Assembly: GCA_964372325.1 (NCBI GenBank)
Contig: CAYJQG010000003.1
Coordinates: forward strand, 1-46,294
Source of the DNA: an uncultured Candidatus Saccharibacteria bacterium
GTDB lineage: Bacteria > Patescibacteriota > Minisyncoccia > UBA6257 > JAUSGH01
Length of the DNA: 46,294 bases
Direction: 5' to 3'
The notes under the pieces are model-generated. The model was not told the DNA's origin and did no database searches. It was given only the letters and a program-made list of their open reading frames with translations. How positions within the stretch are numbered: the first letter of the stretch is position 1; each line of letters opens with the position of its first letter. Positions 41,498-46,294 of the stretch are shown in pieces. A program made the position numbers and the translations under genes.

Positions 41498-42748
41498 ATG
41501 TCTTCTTTGTTTCTATTATCTACGCCTGTCGCCAATGCTGCTCCCGCTGCTGCTCCTGCAGCCAATGCTGCACCAACGGAGGCTCCCTCTACCCGCAAAG
41601 TTCTTGATTGTGGGCCACAACCTGGCGGCGAATATAAACTTTGCGTTACGCTCCCTGGCCAGCCCGGTGAGGGAGTTGTTACTGGGCCGATACAATACCT
41701 ATCGGTCGTTTACAACAGCGCGCTCACACTAATCGCGATAGCGGTGGTTGGGATTATTATGTATCGCGGTATTTTGTATATCTTGGCACGCGGCAACCCC
41801 GCAGAACAAACCGATGCGCGCGACGCCATCACCAAAGCAGTGCTCGGGCTTGTGCTCGGCCTTTCGGCGGTTTTAATTCTCCGCACTATCAACCCGGCTC
41901 TTATAGACAATGTGCGCGAACTCCCGGTGCCACAAATCCCCAAACAAGAAAACTCTGTTCTAAATGCACTGATAGCCGAACAAAATAGAAGCTCTCTGGC
42001 TTTAGAGAATTTAAAAAAAGAAATGACTAGGCTCGACCGGATTGTCCAGGATACCCCTAAAGAGCTTCAAGAAAAGGCAAGAAATGCTGCTCATGGTAGG
42101 ACATTTGATGATTTATTGGCTCAGGAAAAGCAACAAGTAGAAAAATCGTTTAAGCTTATCACTGGAAGCACCGCAGAGCAACGAACTAGCGCCGCATTGA
42201 ATCAAATGAAACCATTGTGGCAGCAGTATTTTACCGAACTTGAAAAGACCAATCACTTACTATCAACTCTTTCCAGCTTAAAAGAGGCGGGGGGGAAGAG
42301 CCGTGAAGCAAATCAATTTGAATTTTTAATAACGTATGACCTTAATACTAATAAAGGGGCTGAGCTTGTTCAACAGATACCAGACGACGAACTTAAAACA
42401 TTATTCCGCAAGTCATCAAGCGTTCCGTACCCCAATGTCGATGCTAATTCTTTCTGGCTTGGCACAAAGGCTGCCTTTATAAATCTTTTTAATCTCCCGG
42501 CAGTTGGGACGACAGACAAAGATCTTTCCCCTATACTGGGGCAGTGGATGTCTGAACAACAGGCGGAAAATTTATTTATGGCGTATTTTAGAGAAGGGGC
42601 TGAAGCCACTCAAAACCTCACAAACGTAGCTCAAATACAAACAACAGCGAAAAACCAGATGGACCTTCTACTTCAATATAAGCCAAACCTCCGCAAAAAC
42701 ATAGCGGTGATTCAAAGGCTCAATGCAAGCGATTCTTGGAGGAAGTAA
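41498..42748 (+). CDS. T4SS-pilin-like (TrbC/VirB2-type hairpin) protein with a long helical C-terminal extension
   Basis: It has a signal peptide, a Cys pair (CGPQPGGEYKLC), and two hydrophobic helices (LTLIAIAVVGIIMY and AVLGLVLGLSAVLIL) separated by the charged loop RGNPAEQTDARD. The C-terminal ~270 aa are heptad-like. Confidence 0.55.
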   Translation: MSSLFLLSTPVANAAPAAAPAANAAPTEAPSTRKVLDCGPQPGGEYKLCVTLPGQPGEGVVTGPIQYLSVVYNSALTLIAIAVVGIIMYRGILYILARGNPAEQTDARDAITKAVLGLVLGLSAVLILRTINPALIDNVRELPVPQIPKQENSVLNALIAEQNRSSLALENLKKEMTRLDRIVQDTPKELQEKARNAAHGRTFDDLLAQEKQQVEKSFKLITGSTAEQRTSAALNQMKPLWQQYFTELEKTNHLLSTLSSLKEAGGKSREANQFEFLITYDLNTNKGAELVQQIPDDELKTLFRKSSSVPYPNVDANSFWLGTKAAFINLFNLPAVGTTDKDLSPILGQWMSEQQAENLFMAYFREGAEATQNLTNVAQIQTTAKNQMDLLLQYKPNLRKNIAVIQRLNASDSWRK

Positions 42749-42776
42749 CCTTGCCTTATAAAACATACAATCGATT

Positions 42777-43973
42777 ATGCGCTTAACTAAAATTTTCCTT
42801 GTTATAGTCACTGCTCTCTCTCTGGTCTCTCTAGGCTATTTTATCTACGTCTCGTTTTTTAAGCCCGCGCCGACACCCACGACACAAGCCCCTTCGATTA
42901 CTAAACAACTTAAAGCAGTTGGTACCCCAAAAAAGAAAAACCTTGTTGTACTAACAAAGCAATCTGCGTCTGCGTATTGGACGGCCACTACGACAAATAC
43001 GCTCTACTATGTAGCAAACGATGGGCGAGTGCTTAAAACTTTTGGCGACGGCAGAGAAGAAGAGGTGAGCAGCCAAACATTACCAAACTTTTATGCAGCG
43101 ACCTCAAATGCATCGGGCGCTCTTGCGTTGGGCACGTTTAGCTACCCCATATCTCCCGTGTTTGCCATGTTTAGCACCGACACCAATGCCTGGGAACGCT
43201 TACCAGCAGGAACTATCGCAGCGGCATTTAGCCCCGACGGCAACGCGATCGCCTATATCCAAGATGGGCCGAGGCAGGGGTCGGGGAGTGATGCAACGGG
43301 ACTCTCTGGAACACTGTCGGTGCTCCAAGTTGGCGATAAAAAATCGAGGGTGATTGGCCGCATTACTATTGCCGACGGCACACTGCAGTGGCCGAAGTCC
43401 AACACGATGTACATCACCACCCGCCCGTCTTCAGAAATTTCGGCTGAGGTTTGGGAATTGCGTCTCTTGAATAATAAAAAAGGCGCGCCACTTGCGCCCA
43501 AAGACATTGCATCGTTTACCATACAACGTGTTGACGTCGATACCCGCACCACCATGGTACTCCACGGCAACATTGCTGACGTTGGTCTCCAGTTAATTAG
43601 TAAAGATGCGGCTACCTCGGAACTATACCTCACTAATAGAGCTGGGGTTACACTCACGAAGCTCCCATTCCTCACCCTGCCCTCGAAGTGCACATTCGAC
43701 GATGTAGTGCTATATTGTGCGTTGCCCAACACATTCCCCACACGCGCACGCTTGCCTGAAGACTACTCCCAAGAACGCTTTTACACCGCCGATGCACTTA
43801 TTTCGTACGACACCACAACTGGTTCGGCGCGAGTGCTCTATGAGAGTGGCGCTGTTATTGACGCCGAACAACTCACCGTACGCGATGGTGGTTCGACGTC
43901 GCTCACCACGAGCAAAGAACTATTATTTAGAAATCGATACGATGGAAAACTGTATTCGCTGCAGCTTGACTAG
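42777..43973 (+). CDS. Membrane-anchored beta-propeller-like protein
   Basis: N-terminal TM helix, then repeated Ser/Thr/Gly-rich beta segments including a TolB-like FSPDGNAIAY motif. Confidence 0.6.
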   Translation: MRLTKIFLVIVTALSLVSLGYFIYVSFFKPAPTPTTQAPSITKQLKAVGTPKKKNLVVLTKQSASAYWTATTTNTLYYVANDGRVLKTFGDGREEEVSSQTLPNFYAATSNASGALALGTFSYPISPVFAMFSTDTNAWERLPAGTIAAAFSPDGNAIAYIQDGPRQGSGSDATGLSGTLSVLQVGDKKSRVIGRITIADGTLQWPKSNTMYITTRPSSEISAEVWELRLLNNKKGAPLAPKDIASFTIQRVDVDTRTTMVLHGNIADVGLQLISKDAATSELYLTNRAGVTLTKLPFLTLPSKCTFDDVVLYCALPNTFPTRARLPEDYSQERFYTADALISYDTTTGSARVLYESGAVIDAEQLTVRDGGSTSLTTSKELLFRNRYDGKLYSLQLD

Positions 43974-44015
43974 GGTATAGGGTTTAGCCACTAGCCACTA
44001 AGCTGGCAAAACGAA

Positions 44016-44057
44016 AATTTACTAAACAAGTTGACGATCGTCAACTTGTTTAGTAAA
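44016..44057. repeat. Long perfect palindrome P2 (42 nt)
   Basis: ATTTACTAAACAAGTTGACGA|TCGTCAACTTGTTTAGTAAAT. It shares 19 of 20 arm positions with P1. Confidence 0.95.
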
Positions 44058-44138
44058 TAGCCTATTAACACTAAAAAAATCCCTACAAATATTGTTGGGG
44101 AAATAGTTTACTCATCATCTTCAGTTTTATCGAACCAA

Positions 44139-44255
44139 CCAATACCAAAACCACGAACTTCAAGCATCAAATAACAAATAAATTCTAATTTTTTAAATTC
44201 GAATTTATGTTATTGAGTATTATTTGAAGTTTGGTATTTGAGATTTGGTGCTTAT
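44139..44255. repeat. CCCAAAT-hairpin element, copy F (diverged left arm)
   Basis: CCAATACCAAAACCACGAACTTCAAGCATCAAATAACAAATAAATTC paired with TTATTTGAAGTTTGGTATTTGAGATTTGGTGCTTAT. Confidence 0.75.
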
Positions 44256-44275
44256 GAGTGGTAAACCCTACACCC

Positions 44276-44719
44276 TTAAAGGGGCTTCACCACGACGTAC
44301 CTCCCAGGACCGAGACCGATACTTTCAGTTTTTACGTCTGGCCGAGTTCCTAGTTCGTTGTGCACTAATCTCCGTTCGTAGGCATTCATTGCGGGGAGTG
44401 CCACTTCGCCTTTCGTCACTAATGCTTTTCGCGCTGCAGCCTTTGCGATTTCCACAATAAGCCTCTCGCGTTCTTTTCGATAATTGTTGATGTCGACAAA
44501 AACGTATTCTAGACTTCTTTTCTGCGCGAATAACCGCAACAATGTCTCAAAATTTGCAATGAGTTCTGGGACCCATGCTTTTATCCAATCGCCTTCGTTG
44601 ATGAAGACCCTTATCTTCCTCCCCTCAACGTCTTTGTCGACACTCACGTCGGCAAAACCGGCGAGCTCGAGTGCTTTTTTAAGTATTTCTACTAACGGTT
44701 CCATAACATTTAACAACAT
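44276..44719 (-). CDS. jag: Jag/KhpB RNA-binding protein (KH + R3H)
   Basis: R3H region NAYERRLVHNELGTRPDVKTESIG. It lies immediately downstream of yidC. Confidence 0.85.
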   Translation of the reverse strand: MLLNVMEPLVEILKKALELAGFADVSVDKDVEGRKIRVFINEGDWIKAWVPELIANFETLLRLFAQKRSLEYVFVDINNYRKERERLIVEIAKAAARKALVTKGEVALPAMNAYERRLVHNELGTRPDVKTESIGLGPGRYVVVKPL

Positions 44720-44736
44720 TTAACGGTTCCATAATA

Positions 44737-45426
44737 TTATTCCTGATCTACTAATTTTCTATTAATATGTAGCTGCTGTACCAGCGAGAACAGCGACGAC
44801 GTTAACCAATAAAGCCCAACTGCGGCAGGCAGTACCCCTAAAATCACTATTGTCAGAACCGGACCTATGTACATCATTTGTCGCCCTACTCGAGAGACAA
44901 CATCATTCTTATCGCCATTGGTTTTCGGTAGCGTCAATCGACTCTGATAATACTGCGCCGCTGCTGCTAAAACTACAATCACCATACTCTTTTCCTCTAA
45001 GTTAAGCAAGTACAAAAACGTCGGGTCGATGTGCGTGACACTTGGCAAGAACGCATAGAGCCCCGTCAACGCTTCTTCTTTTAACCCATACAAAAATACC
45101 TGGTACAACGCAATGAGTATTGGCAGCTGCAACACAATAAGCCCAATACTTGAAAATGGGTTGATGTTGTGGTGCCTATATAGCTCCATCATTGCTTTTG
45201 CTTGTTCTTCTTTATTGTCTTTATATCGCTCTTGTACACGTTTCATCTCAGGCTGCAGCCGCTGCATAATTGTTTGGTTCTTGAACATCTTATAAAAGAG
45301 TGGGTACAGCAATAAGCGCACCAAAACCGTTAACAATATAATTGCGAGGCCCAGGTCACGAAACGCGAGCAAATATAAACCAATCAAGAGGTTAAATAAG
45401 GGCTGGTATAGGAGGAGGTCAAACAT
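44737..45426 (-). CDS. yidC: Membrane protein insertase YidC (short form)
   Basis: Five-helix profile with LLYPLFYKMFKNQTIMQRLQPEMKRVQERYKDNKE and NPFSSIGLIVLQLPILIALY. Confidence 0.9.
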   Translation of the reverse strand: MFDLLLYQPLFNLLIGLYLLAFRDLGLAIILLTVLVRLLLYPLFYKMFKNQTIMQRLQPEMKRVQERYKDNKEEQAKAMMELYRHHNINPFSSIGLIVLQLPILIALYQVFLYGLKEEALTGLYAFLPSVTHIDPTFLYLLNLEEKSMVIVVLAAAAQYYQSRLTLPKTNGDKNDVVSRVGRQMMYIGPVLTIVILGVLPAAVGLYWLTSSLFSLVQQLHINRKLVDQE

Positions 45427-45610
45427 AATTAATTAGGGATTAGGCACTAGGCACTAGTAATTATTAAATTTCTAATATCTCATTGCTCGTACTTTATAGA
45501 ATTTCTAATTCCAAATATCTAATTTCTAATAAAACCTTGCAGTGTCTAATGTTTTTAAGAATCAACTATTAAACATTAGACATTTTAATATTTGCTTATT
45601 TTATTAAGAA

Positions 45611-45946
45611 TTAGGTATTAGAATTCCCTAGCATGGCGTCGAGCGAGGTCAGTAATATTTCTTTAGTCGCCTTTGCTGCGCTCGCATGCACAATACATAC
45701 ATACTCTGCTACTGCGAATTTATCGAGGTGCTCTCTAAAGAAATCGTAGATCGTTCGCTTGATGCGATTGCGCACCACTGCGCGTTTATCAACGCTCTTC
45801 CCCACAACTACCGCAAAACGCGATATTGTTTTTGTGGCGGGGAATATCTTTATAGTACAATATTGCCCCTTAACAGTTCGAGTTGGCCGGATAGAGCCAA
45901 CTCGCTTAAAATCTTGTGTTGTGAGGTGGTATTTTTGGGGGAGCAT
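45611..45946 (-). CDS. rnpA: Ribonuclease P protein component
   Basis: Basic 111-aa protein with KRAVVRNRIKRTIYDFFR (RNR motif). It lies between rpmH and yidC. Confidence 0.88.
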   Translation of the reverse strand: MLPQKYHLTTQDFKRVGSIRPTRTVKGQYCTIKIFPATKTISRFAVVVGKSVDKRAVVRNRIKRTIYDFFREHLDKFAVAEYVCIVHASAAKATKEILLTSLDAMLGNSNT

Positions 45947-45960
45947 AATCGATAATTTCT

Positions 45961-45998
45961 AATTCCTAATACCTGCCTGCCGGCAGGTATTAGGAATT
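45961..45998. repeat. 38-nt palindrome containing a CCTGCC unit
   Basis: AATTCCTAATACCTGCCTGCCGGCAGGTATTAGGAATT. It overlaps the rpmH stop codon. Confidence 0.9.
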
Positions 45999-46134
45999 AT
46001 ACTACCGAGAGTTTGTGTCGCCCTTTTCTGCGACGTGCTTTTAATACGCGGCGTCCGCCAAATGTACGCGAACGCTTTAAAAAACCGTGCGACCGTGCCC
46101 TTTTTCGCTTTTTCGGTTGATAGGTCTTGGACAT
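45997..46134 (-). CDS. rpmH: 50S ribosomal protein L34
   Basis: Not in the ORF track (45 aa). The reverse complement reads [45 protein letters not shown], then TAA. Confidence 0.9.
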   Translation of the reverse strand: MSKTYQPKKRKRARSHGFLKRSRTFGGRRVLKARRRKGRHKLSVV

Positions 46135-46244
46135 ACTATATATACTAGCATCAATCCTTATTACTTACAACTCTCTCTTAGTCTCTCTCCCCCAAATCGA
46201 TGCCATGCATAACCTCGGATATATTTTGAATACATCCTAAACAT

Positions 46245-46292
46245 AGAGTTACTCATCAAGTTACGCGATCGCGTAACTTGATGAGTAACTCT
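46245..46292. repeat. Long perfect palindrome P4 (48 nt)
   Basis: AGAGTTACTCATCAAGTTACGCGA|TCGCGTAACTTGATGAGTAACTCT, centred on GCGATCGC. Its arms are related to P1 and P2. Confidence 0.95.
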
Positions 46293-46294
46293 CA

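Noticed and set aside
1-46294. Alternative genetic code (UGA reassigned), considered because the gene content looks CPR-like
   Set aside because: Standard-code translation gives uninterrupted, full-length ValRS, RecG, UvrD, TsaD, Ddl and VirB4. TGA also ends 30735..31577 exactly at the overlapping ATGA start of the next gene.
46135-46294. oriC / DnaA-box cluster upstream of rpmH
   Set aside because: I found no TTATCCACA-like boxes in this stretch. The window ends before dnaA could appear.

Overview
46.3-kb bacterial window, AT-leaning by eye and readable with the standard code. The gene content and style suggest a small-genome uncultivated lineage (Patescibacteria/CPR-like), but that is inference only. 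All homology calls were made by eye from motifs; no searches were run.

Layout:
- 0-30 kb: housekeeping genes (ddl, valS, tsaD, recG, uvrD/pcrA, rsmA), envelope enzymes (3D-domain protein, patatin-like, PrsW, LysM-M23), Hsp20, NUDIX, nine tRNA or tRNA-like genes, one RAYT transposase and several hypothetical genes.
- 30.7-44.0 kb: eleven co-directional genes for membrane or secreted proteins. They are built around a VirB6/TrbL-like protein, a PrgI/VirB3-like protein, a VirB4-like ATPase and a T4SS-pilin-like protein. No relaxase or coupling protein is present.
- Right end: the origin-proximal rpmH-rnpA-yidC-jag block.

Most unusual observations:
1. A 20-21-nt palindrome, CCTGCCTGCCGGCAGGCAGG, occurs at least 10 times. 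Copies lie in frame inside uvrD (two) and rsmA (two, exact inverted copies), and one lies inside the D-loop of tRNA-Leu(CAA).
2. Other repeat-built in-frame insertions occur in valS, tsaD and ddl, and uvrD carries a 362-aa intein in helicase motif III.
3. Three small gene cassettes with very high G+C third positions are embedded in the AT-rich backbone. Each has a plausible RBS and its own terminator; a consensus promoter is seen upstream of cassettes 1 and 3, none for cassette 2.
4. Intergenic DNA is packed with nested MITE-like inverted repeats. These include a roughly 100-nt hairpin element that punctuates the T4SS-like locus, and a family of 42-50-nt perfect palindromes.
5. Two atypical tRNA-like genes sit next to the interrupted tRNA-Leu.
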